From a virus: a DNA stretch of 64,000 nt. Every line of letters begins with the position of its first letter. Position 1 is the stretch's first letter. The notes under the pieces were generated by a model, which did not search any database, was not told where the DNA came from, and was given only the letters and a program-made list of their open reading frames with translations. Shown piece after piece: positions 36,201 through 45,348 of the stretch. The position numbers and the translations under genes were made by a program. The stretch is from IMG/VR virus record IMGVR_UViG_3300037311_000293; one strand, 5' to 3'.

Positions 36201-36327
36201 GTACGGCCTCGATCACTTGGTTCGCAGGACCCACGATACAAGCCGGAAGGGTCGGAACCAGAGTCGTCGGGCTGACGGTCTGGAACTCCTGAATGACCTG
36301 GACGCTGGGCCTCTCGATGGTAGCCAT
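33238..36327 (-). CDS. contractile tail sheath protein with inserted beta domains
   Basis: N-terminal RPSVQVIQEF...CIVGP; C-terminal SITRALDF...IDITVGVLYPLNYIRITL. Confidence 0.88.
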   Translation of the reverse strand: MATIERPSVQVIQEFQTVSPTTLVPTLPACIVGPANQVIEAVQDDGSLNSDARVSLPARIPFAWVSSPFEYTGIGTDALEVAVNNGAARTVTFPTGPDLTATEVADAINTEAIPGLEAVVETSGTQQRVVIQTTATGENASLEIGSGTASDVLTAFGVTTGYRNTGATGYTNYTQLRLAGGDYPDPRGNIDDLVIDYDTVRVFLNDGAGNIREVLRTEAFLDGATSAVSVQDDGDGDNLSPYLNFSGGVFADAAARLVGNIDLSGTFGALNTTSAVFSMNGAAPVTVNFAGLASAADVVTAINTAFGATVASLGSGNVLVLTSTLTGVSSSFERTGGTATSGNLGLAVGAFADGKPSRARAQGGANLSLLTFAADVHGRVLRMSIDGDQFQQLVMPNTIASAANIVSAINGLWAGVASLNAANELVLRSPSTFGGRESSIRIDTTASDATLLTNLGLTGAGEPFENTAVIYGKAFSPQVGDEVWVNGLRIGTITEIPVTPTNRLRLSAEQLLSYTGSTWSIVAKGLDNNAASATRPASELRVDEESGTVLIKYELFRQTNGDATLAGPLSTYLAYTALRRDVSPLGTDFNLARYGNTTDLEAELGPLDTQNPLGLGMYFALLNAPGIEVTGCGVDTTSDTEPEGALAAYIRALEYLESKDVYAIAPLTHSNDVGQAAQIHVDELSKPENGLERIAILNPRRPTRKSDTLVASAPTANVSGAPTNVVATGIANVQSLLAALGLPGPTYTESDGVFLEFEGDTNKYLVESVSGALVTVNDGPLSASNDFFLDGGGSPVFTSAVVDRPVSIKIRGGALANRTDEATAYADIARGYLDRRVITTAPDTAKATIDGLETAVPGYYLSAALAGKMSAVPPQQPLTEESIAGFSGVIGATDRYSELQLKMMSGGGLWVLYQEAVGQPVKTRHQLTTDMSTIEKREASITRALDFTAKFLRVGLRNFIGRFNISTNVQDAISITLDGLAAFLVRQGVLSELRINAIRQSATAPDTLEIDITVGVLYPLNYIRITLVV

Positions 36328-36336
36328 GGTGTCTCC

Positions 36337-37158
36337 TTATCGCGTCTGAATCTTGACCGTCAGAGGCTCCGTAGATTGTGCCACGTCGGAGCCTTCCTGT
36401 GGAAGCTGGGCGGATCCATCGACGGCACCTTGCCGGTCGGCGTCGCTTTGCTCGGGCTGCATCACGGCAGTTCCCTGAAGAGGAACCAGGGGCTCCACCA
36501 CAGCAGGTTGCTCCTGAGTAGTGGCCGTGACCTCGATCGACTGAACGATCGGACGGTTGAGCGGTAGGGTGTGCATGCCGTGGTGGAGGAACGCGGGGAG
36601 CGACACCACAACCACACACCATTCGAAGTCAGTGCTGTCCCCCACCAACGATCCCGCAGGGGAAGGCGGTCCAATCATCGGACGAGCTCCGAGGTAGAGC
36701 AGGGAGGGCTCTTCCTTCACAATCTCTTCTCGGAACGCGAAGATCTGAGTTGCCGCAAACCACGCCAGATTCTCTGCCTCCACCGGAAGGCGGCTCAGCA
36801 CGTTGATCATGATGTTCGTCGGAATCATGTCCATCCGGGCCTTTGCTCCGGTAGACAGATCGACAAAAGCAAGATCTCCAATACCGACCCCAGAGAAGGC
36901 GGCCTGGCTGCGGGTGATGGTGATGGCGGGTCGCTTGCCGACAACGGAAGGGCGGATTGGTGTATCGGCAGACAGAAAGATCTCCGACTCCTTTTGCTCC
37001 GGTGAGCTCTCACTCTCCGCGGCCCAGCGGTACGTACCCTGGGGCAGAAGAGAGAACCGCCACTTCAGAAACGACAACACATGCCGCTGTACTTGGAACA
37101 GCGGGGAGTAGTTGCCGGTGAAGACGGATTCCGGAGTCGTAGGAGTCGAAGCGCTCAC
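36337..37158 (-). CDS. tail completion/terminator-like protein
   Basis: Immediately upstream of the sheath; RPAITITR pattern; mainly positional inference. Confidence 0.55.
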   Translation of the reverse strand: MSASTPTTPESVFTGNYSPLFQVQRHVLSFLKWRFSLLPQGTYRWAAESESSPEQKESEIFLSADTPIRPSVVGKRPAITITRSQAAFSGVGIGDLAFVDLSTGAKARMDMIPTNIMINVLSRLPVEAENLAWFAATQIFAFREEIVKEEPSLLYLGARPMIGPPSPAGSLVGDSTDFEWCVVVVSLPAFLHHGMHTLPLNRPIVQSIEVTATTQEQPAVVEPLVPLQGTAVMQPEQSDADRQGAVDGSAQLPQEGSDVAQSTEPLTVKIQTR

Positions 37159-37544
37159 GCCTTTTCTCTCCTGTTGGCCAGGGCCTCACGCGCCCGGCTC
37201 GAGGCATAGGCACCCACGGCACCGCCGACTGCGATACCGGCCGGAAGCGCCTTGAGCCAGCCCGGTCGCTCGCCAGTACGTGCGATGCGTTCACCGATGA
37301 TCTCGGCGAGCGTCTTTCCGATACCGTAGCCCAACCCACCGCCAAGCACGGCGATAGGAAGATCCTTGGCCGTTTGCTTCCACTTCGCCGACGACATCAC
37401 GGGGTACTCGGTGCCCTGCATCGCTGTCTTCGTCGAAATGCCAAAGGAGCCAGGACGCGGCACCGCCGGAACCGGCGGCTTCGGCGGCTTCATCAGTTTG
37501 GCTTGGGTGCGTTGAAGCAACCCGGGTTGAAGCATCGGCTTCAT
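37155..37544 (-). CDS. putative internal head protein with Gly-rich hydrophobic helices
   Basis: KTA motif; GGGLGYGIG and AVGGAVGAYA segments. Confidence 0.6.
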   Translation of the reverse strand: MKPMLQPGLLQRTQAKLMKPPKPPVPAVPRPGSFGISTKTAMQGTEYPVMSSAKWKQTAKDLPIAVLGGGLGYGIGKTLAEIIGERIARTGERPGWLKALPAGIAVGGAVGAYASSRAREALANRREKA

Positions 37545-37548
37545 GGCG

Positions 37549-37968
37549 TCACGTCAACGCCTTGTGCGCCGCCAGACCGGCGCCGCCGAGGGCAACACCA
37601 CCGGCGACCTGTCTCATGCGGGTGACGCCGGCTTTGCCGCCCCCGAGGGCTTTGGCGCCGGCAGAGAGGCCTTTGCGGTAGGTGTCGTTGACCCCGAGGG
37701 CCTTGGCGCCGCGGCCGACGCCGCCGAGCACGGCTTTGCCGACGGTACCGAAGAAGGCGTGCTTCTGGAGCTCGAGGGCGAACGCCTCTTGAGCCGCAGC
37801 GGCTTCATCAGCGCTGAGCTTCTTGAGCAACGAGGCCATCAGGCCAGGCTTCTTCGTAGTCATGCGAGTCACTCCTGGCGGGAGGGCGTCTCCCGCAGAA
37901 CGTACGCCCTTGGTCCAGGGATCTTTGCCCTTCATGTGGTCGGGCTGCGGTACTCGGTAGCTCATCAC
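37549..37968 (-). CDS. putative internal head protein
   Basis: KLSA and KHA motifs; C-terminal VAGGVALGGAGLAA. Confidence 0.6.
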   Translation of the reverse strand: MMSYRVPQPDHMKGKDPWTKGVRSAGDALPPGVTRMTTKKPGLMASLLKKLSADEAAAAQEAFALELQKHAFFGTVGKAVLGGVGRGAKALGVNDTYRKGLSAGAKALGGGKAGVTRMRQVAGGVALGGAGLAAHKALT

Positions 37969-38867
37969 TCCTCCGGGGCGTTACGGGGGTAGGTGGGGTA
38001 GTTGGCGAAGATGTCGGGGGTCTTCTCGTCGATGGCGGTGTTCAGATCTGTGGGGTTCGTGAACATCCGCGGGGGACTGGGTTGGATGTCCTTGAGCGCT
38101 TCATCGAGTCGAAGCGGCAAACGATACTCGATATCGGTATCTGTGATCTGCCGCATCACGAGCTCTTGCTTGATGGGCGCACGAAGCCGCTCAGACTGCG
38201 TGACCTGCGTGATGCGCCAGCGCTTGTTCTCGGCCTCGACCAGCAGATCCCCTGGAACGATGTTGGGGTAGAACGATGTCCGCCCAGACGTCATGACAGT
38301 CTGTTCGATCTGCTGTGCGTGGTTCTGCTGAGCCTTGGCCGGCGGGTCGATCTGCACCCAGATCTCGATGGGGTTGTGGTAGCCGCGAAGGAAGCCGGTG
38401 TCGTAGCAGCTCAGGCAGTTCGCTCGAGTCCGCTTGTGCGAAGTGGTGTCCCAGCAAGACGGACAACGAGGCCCAAACGTCCGCGCCTTGAACAACCAGC
38501 ACAGACGCCCAGTCGCCTGGGTGAACAAGACGAGCTCGTGTCGCCGGATGTAGTTGGCGATCAGGTCGGGCTCGGCTTGCCGTGTGACAGGGCCGTAGTC
38601 GTGGATCTCAGACGAGGCCTTGTGTGTGACACGCAGCTTGTACCAGATCTGACGAAACTTGTCGCCAGCAGGCATCCTGGAATCCACGAAGATGTAGCGG
38701 TCCTCGAACGTGCCAGTGATGGGATCGAACGGTCCTTCAGGAGACTCCGAGCGCAAAACCTGGAAAGTGTAGTCCAACGCGTCATCCGAGGAGTCAGTCT
38801 CCCAGGTGACTTCGTTGCGATCTACATCCAGGCTTCGCACCCGGAGATTCTGAATCCCGAGGATCAT
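37965..38867 (-). CDS. neck/head-closure-like protein with Zn-binding Cys cluster
   Basis: N-terminal FnIII-like segment; RCPSCWD...CLSCYDTGF..GY; PGDLLVE. Confidence 0.6.
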   Translation of the reverse strand: MILGIQNLRVRSLDVDRNEVTWETDSSDDALDYTFQVLRSESPEGPFDPITGTFEDRYIFVDSRMPAGDKFRQIWYKLRVTHKASSEIHDYGPVTRQAEPDLIANYIRRHELVLFTQATGRLCWLFKARTFGPRCPSCWDTTSHKRTRANCLSCYDTGFLRGYHNPIEIWVQIDPPAKAQQNHAQQIEQTVMTSGRTSFYPNIVPGDLLVEAENKRWRITQVTQSERLRAPIKQELVMRQITDTDIEYRLPLRLDEALKDIQPSPPRMFTNPTDLNTAIDEKTPDIFANYPTYPRNAPEE

Positions 38868-40210
38868 CGGCGGCTCGCCATCTTGTACTTCTTCAGGAAC
38901 TCGATGCTCTGCATGCTACCCGGAGGCAGCGGCGCCGCAGGAGCATGGCGCGTTGCGGTACCCGTACCATCGAACGGCGACTTCTTCGGAGCCGCAGAAC
39001 GGAAGACATCGGTGGGCGCCGGGGTCGCCTTCGACGCCTTTGCCGCGATGCCTTGGCGAACGGCACTGAGACCCGATGCCGTGGTCTCGCCCTTGATGGC
39101 AGAGATCGGAACCCGCTTGGCGCTGCTCGCGGCTGCGGCTCGGCGGGCAAGATCAGCAATGCTGGCCTTCTTGCTCCGCTCTTCCTTTTGCTTTGCTCGG
39201 ATACGGCGATCACGCGCCTTGATTGCTGCTCCGGTTGCGCCAAGGGCAATCGCCCCGCCGAGCACACTACCGGCGATGCCCCGTGCATCTAGACGCGGCG
39301 ACCGAACGCGGGACTCGCCCGCGTTCTTCTCCTCGATCTTGTCGAAAGCACCGGGACGCGGGACCGGAATACCGGGTAGCGCAGCCTTGGGCCAGGTTGG
39401 TGCCGCGGCCTCACCGTTGTTGACGTGCCCGGTGTACTCGACCTCGGCCTTCTTTTTCTTGCCGCGATCTCGGAGCTTCTTTGCTGCGACGGCGCCAAGG
39501 CCTGCGGCCGCACCGATACCGACACCAGCGAGGTAGGCACCAGATCTTCCCGGTTTGCTCTTGCCCTTGACCGAGGAGACCATCTTGTCGATGACCTCCT
39601 TGGACTTCCGGGTGCTCTCAGCGGGATCCTTGATGAGGTTGCGCGCGATGTGGCGCGTAGATGCGGCCGCCCCGGCTGCCATGCGCTTCTTCCTTTGCTC
39701 AGGAGTCAGCCCTTTCTTCATGGCGGCCACGAGATTCTTGTCGGCAAACCGACCAAGCCTCTCCTGACTGGCATTCGATCCGCCCACTACCCTACGGATC
39801 ATATCCTCGCTTATCGCGCGCTTCTCACCATCTTCGGGTTGCTGACTTCGGCTCTTGTGGAGCTCGAGCACCAGAAGGGACTTCTGAAGCCGGATCTGGT
39901 CCTGCTTGGTCCAGAGATCTTGATCCTTGGGCTCCGCAAGCCGGCGCTGGATACGTTCGGCTTCCACTGCGAGATCTTGTTCAGCCAGCGCAACGGCCTT
40001 GGCGTGCAGCGGGGTCCCCTCGAACTGGCGAAGCCACCCCACGGAGGGATCGCAGTACCCAGACGCCTCCATCACCATCGAGGCGATCTTGGTGGGGTCG
40101 TCTTCGCCAAGAAGGGCCTCGAGCTCGTCGAAGTTCAAGATACGAAGGTCGTCGGCGCTGAGCTTTTCCTGGCTCATCGCATCCATGAAGTCTTGAAGGC
40201 TCATGATCAC
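38864..40210 (-). CDS. putative internal head protein
   Basis: KLSA, KIAS, KRA, KKAS motifs; two Gly/Ala hydrophobic helices followed by basic runs. Confidence 0.65.
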   Translation of the reverse strand: MIMSLQDFMDAMSQEKLSADDLRILNFDELEALLGEDDPTKIASMVMEASGYCDPSVGWLRQFEGTPLHAKAVALAEQDLAVEAERIQRRLAEPKDQDLWTKQDQIRLQKSLLVLELHKSRSQQPEDGEKRAISEDMIRRVVGGSNASQERLGRFADKNLVAAMKKGLTPEQRKKRMAAGAAASTRHIARNLIKDPAESTRKSKEVIDKMVSSVKGKSKPGRSGAYLAGVGIGAAAGLGAVAAKKLRDRGKKKKAEVEYTGHVNNGEAAAPTWPKAALPGIPVPRPGAFDKIEEKNAGESRVRSPRLDARGIAGSVLGGAIALGATGAAIKARDRRIRAKQKEERSKKASIADLARRAAAASSAKRVPISAIKGETTASGLSAVRQGIAAKASKATPAPTDVFRSAAPKKSPFDGTGTATRHAPAAPLPPGSMQSIEFLKKYKMASRR

Positions 40211-41877
40211 TCCTTCTTGGCGATGCGCTCGAGCGCATCCGCGATTCGCTTCTGGTTCTTGTCACGCTTGTGCTGCTGGTAGGCCTTGGCCCCACCAATA
40301 GCCGCGGCCCCGACGATTGCGGCACGGCCTTTGTTGCTGCGGATCGCCGCTCGCATCTTCTCCGAGGCACCTTCGACGAGCCGGCCGCCGGCTTCGGCAC
40401 CGTATTCCGCGATACCGCGACCCATTCCGCGGCCAACTTCTGGGGCGTGTTCTGCGAGCGCCTTGCCGGCGGCGCCCCCAGCAGGCCCGGCCTGTGAGGC
40501 AGCACCACGTGCCGTAGCAGCACCAGCGGCCTCAAGGACTTGCGTGGCCTTGTCCTTGGCGCGGTCGAGGACGCTGGCCGACTTCGCCTGCTCGGCTTGC
40601 TGGGTCTGCTGTGCGGCTTCCTGTTGGGCGCGTTGGGCCTGCTCGGTTTCCTTCTTGGCCTTGGGACCGCCGGTCTGCGCTGCGGCGTTCTGTTCCTCGA
40701 CCGCAGCGGCCTCTTGTTCCTGGGCCTGTTGTTCCGGGGTCATGAGCGGCGTGGTGTCGACACCTTCTTCGGCGACTGGATCGGAGCTCACGGTGTCGGC
40801 AAGCATCTGCCGCATCTGATTGATCCTCATGCTCAGGCGCATCTTGGCGTCGGCCTCCGAAGCTGCTTGCGCCGTTGCCGAAGCCGCTTCCTGGGACGCC
40901 TGCTGGGCCTGCTGACCGAGAACCTGCGCTTGCTCCGCAGTTGCAGCGGCCTGCTGCTGCACGGCTTGGTTCTCGGCACCAAGACTTTCGATCTGCTGAC
41001 CCTGCTGCACCATCTGCTGTTGGGTCTGCTCGAGGTTCTGCTTCAGCGCTTGGTTCTCAGCAGTGGCCTGGGCGTGGCTGAGCATCAGATCTCGGGTGAG
41101 ATACTGCTCCACGGGTTCCGTACCGGCTTCGGGCACGACGACATCACCGGGTTGCTGTGTCGGGGCCTTGGGCGCCGCGAGCTTCCGCCGCGCCGCAGCG
41201 AGCTTGTCGGCCGACGACTTCTTGGTCGTCTTCTCCGGCATGTACTGCCACAGCTTGTCGAGGTGCTCCTGAGCATCGCTTTGGAACTGCTCGAGTGTGA
41301 ACTTCATCGGGTTGTCGCCCAGCATCGAATGCAGGGTCTTGAACAACACGATGGCCTGTTGCTCGCCGGCAATGAGGAAGTTCAAGGCGGCGATGGGATC
41401 TGCCGTGGGCTCTGGTGTCGGCGCAACGGGGATCGGAACACCACCGGGAATGAGAACGCCAAGGCGACGAAGGAAGTACTTCATCTCCTTGATCTCATCG
41501 CGGCCCTGGGCATCGAACAGCTCGGAGAGCTCGCCGCGCCCGAGACCGCGCATTACCTCGCCGTAGTAGGCGTAGGCACCGTGCTGGCGCATGGAGTTGC
41601 TGACGATCTGAGCAAGTTGCATCGCGACGTCTTCCGGAGACACTGCGAACTCGCCTTCGAGGTGACCCGTGGTATCGGGCTTCCCGGCTTGCGTGTGCGC
41701 CGCGGCTTCGTCGGGCGTCGGTTCCTGACCCGTGGCGACGCCTTCGGCGTGCTCGACCAGGTCGGGATCTGCCGCGAGCTTTCGAAGCGCGGTGAAGAAG
41801 AACGAGGCATCCGCGAGCTCGGGCTTGGCACCGAACTCGCTGCGCAGGCTGTCATCCAGCTCTTCGTAGTGGTTCAT
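40207..41877 (-). CDS. putative internal head protein with ferritin-like domain and Gln-rich coiled coil
   Basis: ELSELF...DE.KE...LRRL..L.PGG, LNFLIAGEQQAI, DAQEHL; three KLAA sites. Confidence 0.6.
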   Translation of the reverse strand: MNHYEELDDSLRSEFGAKPELADASFFFTALRKLAADPDLVEHAEGVATGQEPTPDEAAAHTQAGKPDTTGHLEGEFAVSPEDVAMQLAQIVSNSMRQHGAYAYYGEVMRGLGRGELSELFDAQGRDEIKEMKYFLRRLGVLIPGGVPIPVAPTPEPTADPIAALNFLIAGEQQAIVLFKTLHSMLGDNPMKFTLEQFQSDAQEHLDKLWQYMPEKTTKKSSADKLAAARRKLAAPKAPTQQPGDVVVPEAGTEPVEQYLTRDLMLSHAQATAENQALKQNLEQTQQQMVQQGQQIESLGAENQAVQQQAAATAEQAQVLGQQAQQASQEAASATAQAASEADAKMRLSMRINQMRQMLADTVSSDPVAEEGVDTTPLMTPEQQAQEQEAAAVEEQNAAAQTGGPKAKKETEQAQRAQQEAAQQTQQAEQAKSASVLDRAKDKATQVLEAAGAATARGAASQAGPAGGAAGKALAEHAPEVGRGMGRGIAEYGAEAGGRLVEGASEKMRAAIRSNKGRAAIVGAAAIGGAKAYQQHKRDKNQKRIADALERIAKKE

Positions 41878-41878
41878 G

Positions 41879-42334
41879 TCACACATCCAGGATGATGGCG
41901 TAGGTGTTGGTGTTCGATGCAGTGAAGCCGATGAGCTGCGCCGCTGTGACCGCTCCCGCAGAGGTGAACGCCCCAGAGATGAGAGCGTCGGCGCCCCCGG
42001 AACCGGAGATCGCAAAGCCAGCGCCACGCTCGAGGATGAGATGAACCATCACGATGGGACCGCCTCCATCCGGTTGCGCCGAATAGTCTGTTCCCCTGGA
42101 CTTGCGCAGAGAAGCCATCCCCGCGATGATCGCGTTGATCTCTGCGACGATCTGCCGCATCGGCAGAACAGCACCGGCGGCCCCAGAGAAGGTCACTGGC
42201 GTCGCCGGGGTCGTGAAGTCCAGCGTCAGACCGCCTACCGGCAAGCCCGTGCTGGGAAACGGGCCGAAGACACCGCGACCGTTCAGGCGATCCTCGATCT
42301 CTTCGATGTTCCCGGTGTAGATGCGGTGGGTCAT
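41879..42334 (-). CDS. small structural protein sharing a sheath-type repeat
   Basis: PVTFSG...IVAEIN resembles the sheath insertion repeats. Confidence 0.55.
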   Translation of the reverse strand: MTHRIYTGNIEEIEDRLNGRGVFGPFPSTGLPVGGLTLDFTTPATPVTFSGAAGAVLPMRQIVAEINAIIAGMASLRKSRGTDYSAQPDGGGPIVMVHLILERGAGFAISGSGGADALISGAFTSAGAVTAAQLIGFTASNTNTYAIILDV

Positions 42335-42342
42335 TGTGCCTC

Positions 42343-42849
42343 CTAGTAGAACCCGAGGGCCGTCAGCGCGGCGTAGTCCGAATGCACCCCAGAGGGTCCG
42401 GAATCCATGATTCCGTTGATGTTGATGGCTGTCTTGATCTGCCTCTTCTCTTGCTCGTACGCGGCTTGGAAGAGGCTGAGGATCGACTGGTACAGCGGGG
42501 CCTTGTCGTTGAGGTTGACGCTCAAGCCGCCGTCGGAGAACGGGAGATGGTTGCGGGCGTACAGCAACATGACGCTTTGCAGCAGGCCGATGACGGTCCC
42601 GCGCACCGCGAAGTACTGGAGGTTGTAGGACACCATGTCGTCGAGGGTGAACGACGTGAACGGCGGTGTGCCGTTGAAGTTGCTCAAGAAGTCCATGGTC
42701 GCCCAGGCAATCATGCGATCACTGCTTTCCTCGCCGCGGATCAGCAAGTTGAGCGGCGTGAAGTCACGCATGAAGAGCCGCACACTCTGGATGTGGGCGT
42801 CGAAGGTAATCTGCGACGGCGGCTGACCAAGACCTTGTAGCTGGGACAT
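42343..42849 (-). CDS. head-tail adaptor-like protein
   Basis: Position after the capsid genes; VRLFMRD...NGTPP pattern. Confidence 0.55.
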   Translation of the reverse strand: MSQLQGLGQPPSQITFDAHIQSVRLFMRDFTPLNLLIRGEESSDRMIAWATMDFLSNFNGTPPFTSFTLDDMVSYNLQYFAVRGTVIGLLQSVMLLYARNHLPFSDGGLSVNLNDKAPLYQSILSLFQAAYEQEKRQIKTAININGIMDSGPSGVHSDYAALTALGFY

Positions 42850-42866
42850 CGTTCACCCCCGACGCA

Positions 42867-43601
42867 TCAGAGCGCAGACAACAGCTCGATGATGCGGGCG
42901 TTCGACATCTTGTCGTTGGCCTCGACACCGAACTCGGCACAGAGCTGGAGGAGCTCCTTCTTCGTGCGCTTCTCCCAACCCTCGGGGAGCCGCTTCGCTT
43001 CGACAGGGGCCTCGGCGACTTCCGTCTCCGCTTCCACTGCCTCCGAGGACTCCACCGGCGTCTCTGCGGCTTCCACGGGCGCCACATCGGTGTCGGGGAC
43101 CCCCTCGGTCTCAGGCGGGCCCGCAGGAGGCTCTGCCGGCGGGGCCGGGGGTTCGGTGCGTAGACCCTCAAGCCAGGCGCCCGGCACGAAGCCGAGGCCC
43201 TCGGCGTCGACGACCAGAACACCGGCGGCGTGGGCGGTCTGTACCTCTTCCGTGGTGAGCTCGCCGGTCGACACCGGGTTCTCCGGAAGTACGATGGCCT
43301 CGACTTCGTCCGCCACCTGAAGCTCCTCTTCGGGTGCAGTGCGCCCGAGAAGACTGCGGAGCTCGTCGATGCTGACATCGGTGTCGGCGTTGTACTGGAC
43401 CAGAAGGGTACCGTTGGCGATGTGCGCCTCGATCTCCTTCTGATGCTTGGCGCAGAACGCCAGCGTGACCGGTACCCGAAGATTCGGACGAATCGTCAGC
43501 TCTCCGATCCGAAATGCGCGCCGCGAGAAACGATGCGCCCGCCGCATCATGCGGGTGTGGACGTTTCGGCCCCCGCCGACGAGATACAACTTGTCGCTCA
43601 T
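42867..43601 (-). CDS. hypothetical protein with acidic linker and C-terminal HeH/Rho-N-like domain
   Basis: WEKRTKKELLQLCAEFGVEANDKMSNARIIELL. Confidence 0.65.
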   Translation of the reverse strand: MSDKLYLVGGGRNVHTRMMRRAHRFSRRAFRIGELTIRPNLRVPVTLAFCAKHQKEIEAHIANGTLLVQYNADTDVSIDELRSLLGRTAPEEELQVADEVEAIVLPENPVSTGELTTEEVQTAHAAGVLVVDAEGLGFVPGAWLEGLRTEPPAPPAEPPAGPPETEGVPDTDVAPVEAAETPVESSEAVEAETEVAEAPVEAKRLPEGWEKRTKKELLQLCAEFGVEANDKMSNARIIELLSAL

Positions 43602-43615
43602 GACTGTCTCCTAGC

Positions 43616-43649
43616 AAAGAAGGGGCACCGGCAGTGCCGATGCCCCTCC
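43616..43649 (-). terminator. terminator after the major capsid gene
   Basis: AGGGGCA...TGCCCCT stem plus TTCTTT. Confidence 0.65.
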
Positions 43650-43674
43650 GGTCGCATCAGGGTTGGGGGCGTGA

Positions 43675-44778
43675 TCAGAAGCTCACGACCTGGGGGAAGA
43701 ACTGGCGATTGCCGGCGCGGTTGTTCTCGGCTCCGAGACTCTCCTCGCTGACGGGCGTGACGCGCGACAGGATCGCGTCGGCGTCGTTCGTGGTCGCATC
43801 GCCCGAGTAGAGCTCGAGCTTGCGGACGCTCGCGATGTTCACGATCGACATCCCGACGTCCTTCCAGGCCACGAACTTGATCATGTTGATGACCTTGTCG
43901 ATGTAGAACTTCACGTTGTTGAGAACGTAGAAGCGGCCGAGGAAGTCCGGGGAGGTGAAGCAGTAGACGTTGCCGGGACGGAGGATGTCCGTCTTGATCG
44001 TCTTCACGTACCGCTTGCCCACGAGCATGTTGTACTTGAAGCCGCTCACGGCGGTCTCGGACTGGAGCTTGTCGCCCTGGTCTTCGACGGTCCACTGAAG
44101 GATGTCGTCCCAGTCGACCGACGTGATCAGGATCATGTCGCTCTCGAGGCGGTTGCCGTCGAGGAGCTTGATGAGCCGGACGATGTCGGGGCGCTGGAGC
44201 GGGCGGACGATGGCGTCGTCGGTGCCGGCGACGCGGGCGAGCTCGCCCTTGACGACGCTGAACTCGACCGTGGTACCGACGCTCGACGCGTTCAGCGTGG
44301 TGACCGAGCCACCGTTGGCCTCGGCCTGGAGAGCCTGCACCGCGGCCTCGATGTGGATCATGAACTCACGATCCTGGACCTCGCCCAGATCCTTCACGGC
44401 GTTCTGCTCGATCACCTTCCCGATGGGGAAGTTGTAGGCGAGGAACTCCTGTTCCGGCTTCTGGAACATGTCCGACATCACGGTGATGAAGGGAACCTCC
44501 ACCTTCGTGCCGCGGATGAAGTTCGCGCGCGGCTCGCCACGGAACGTGACGACCATGGCGCGGCTCTTCGGCTCGAGGAACTCGATCTTCACGAGGCTGT
44601 CGTGGTTGGTCGAGACCTGGCACTGGCTGCGATCCACGTTCTCCGGAGGGAGAACCTGTTCCGCGAAGCTCGCCTCGCGGAGGCGGTCGCGGATGTAGCC
44701 GCCGAACCGAGCGGCGATCTTGGTCTTCGCCCCCGGGTCGGAGAGCTGGTTGAGAAGCATCTCCTTGCTGTTCGACAT
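43675..44778 (-). CDS. major capsid protein (HK97-like)
   Basis: About 367 aa, highest GC3, follows the scaffold/decoration genes, has its own terminator; YIRDRLRE..F...VLPP...KP..E...Y..PI...AVKDL...DREF pattern. Confidence 0.8.
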   Translation of the reverse strand: MSNSKEMLLNQLSDPGAKTKIAARFGGYIRDRLREASFAEQVLPPENVDRSQCQVSTNHDSLVKIEFLEPKSRAMVVTFRGEPRANFIRGTKVEVPFITVMSDMFQKPEQEFLAYNFPIGKVIEQNAVKDLGEVQDREFMIHIEAAVQALQAEANGGSVTTLNASSVGTTVEFSVVKGELARVAGTDDAIVRPLQRPDIVRLIKLLDGNRLESDMILITSVDWDDILQWTVEDQGDKLQSETAVSGFKYNMLVGKRYVKTIKTDILRPGNVYCFTSPDFLGRFYVLNNVKFYIDKVINMIKFVAWKDVGMSIVNIASVRKLELYSGDATTNDADAILSRVTPVSEESLGAENNRAGNRQFFPQVVSF

Positions 44779-44825
44779 CTTGACTCTCCTGGTTGCCTGT
44801 TGGTGATGGGGTCCGGCTTGGGGGC

Positions 44826-45302
44826 TCAGACCAGCGTCTGAAGGATGCGGAGACGCCCGCCGTTGTTCGCCGCCACCTTGGTGACGTAGCCGATGATGAG
44901 GCCACCCGCCGAGGCGACGAGGCCACTGCGGTTGACGCTGCCGCTGGCGGCGGTGTTGACGGTGCCCTGCTGGACTGCCGCACCGAGGGTCGTCAGACCC
45001 GTGGCGAAGACGATGGTGTCGGCCTCGAAGGCTCCGCCGCCCATGATGGCGGAGAGCTTGCGGCTGGCCTGCACGTTGGTGTCGCCGCGGTCCTCGATGG
45101 CGAAGAACGAGGGGTGCGCGGGGTTGGAGGCACGCGCCCACTTGTACGTGCTGTCCATGAAGACGAGCTCGCCATCGATCAGCGGCACCACCGCCGTGTT
45201 CGTGGGGTCGAGGAGACGGACATCCGCCACCTCCAGGGGCTTGCGCACGAGTCGGTCCAGGGTGGGCTGGACGACCTCGAACTTGCGATCGTAGCTGGCC
45301 AT
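44826..45302 (-). CDS. capsid decoration/cement-like protein
   Basis: 158-aa beta-rich, high-GC3 gene directly before the MCP. Confidence 0.55.
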   Translation of the reverse strand: MASYDRKFEVVQPTLDRLVRKPLEVADVRLLDPTNTAVVPLIDGELVFMDSTYKWARASNPAHPSFFAIEDRGDTNVQASRKLSAIMGGGAFEADTIVFATGLTTLGAAVQQGTVNTAASGSVNRSGLVASAGGLIIGYVTKVAANNGGRLRILQTLV

Positions 45303-45348
45303 TGATTCATTCCTCCGGTTGGATCCTCAAAACCAGGTCGTCCGGCCT

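Noticed and set aside
32941-36567. Long plus-strand ORFs opposite the sheath (678 aa, 456 aa), and similar ones opposite other genes
   Set aside because: These are antisense shadows of high-GC3 genes, with no RBS, no motifs and Arg/Gly/Val-biased translation.
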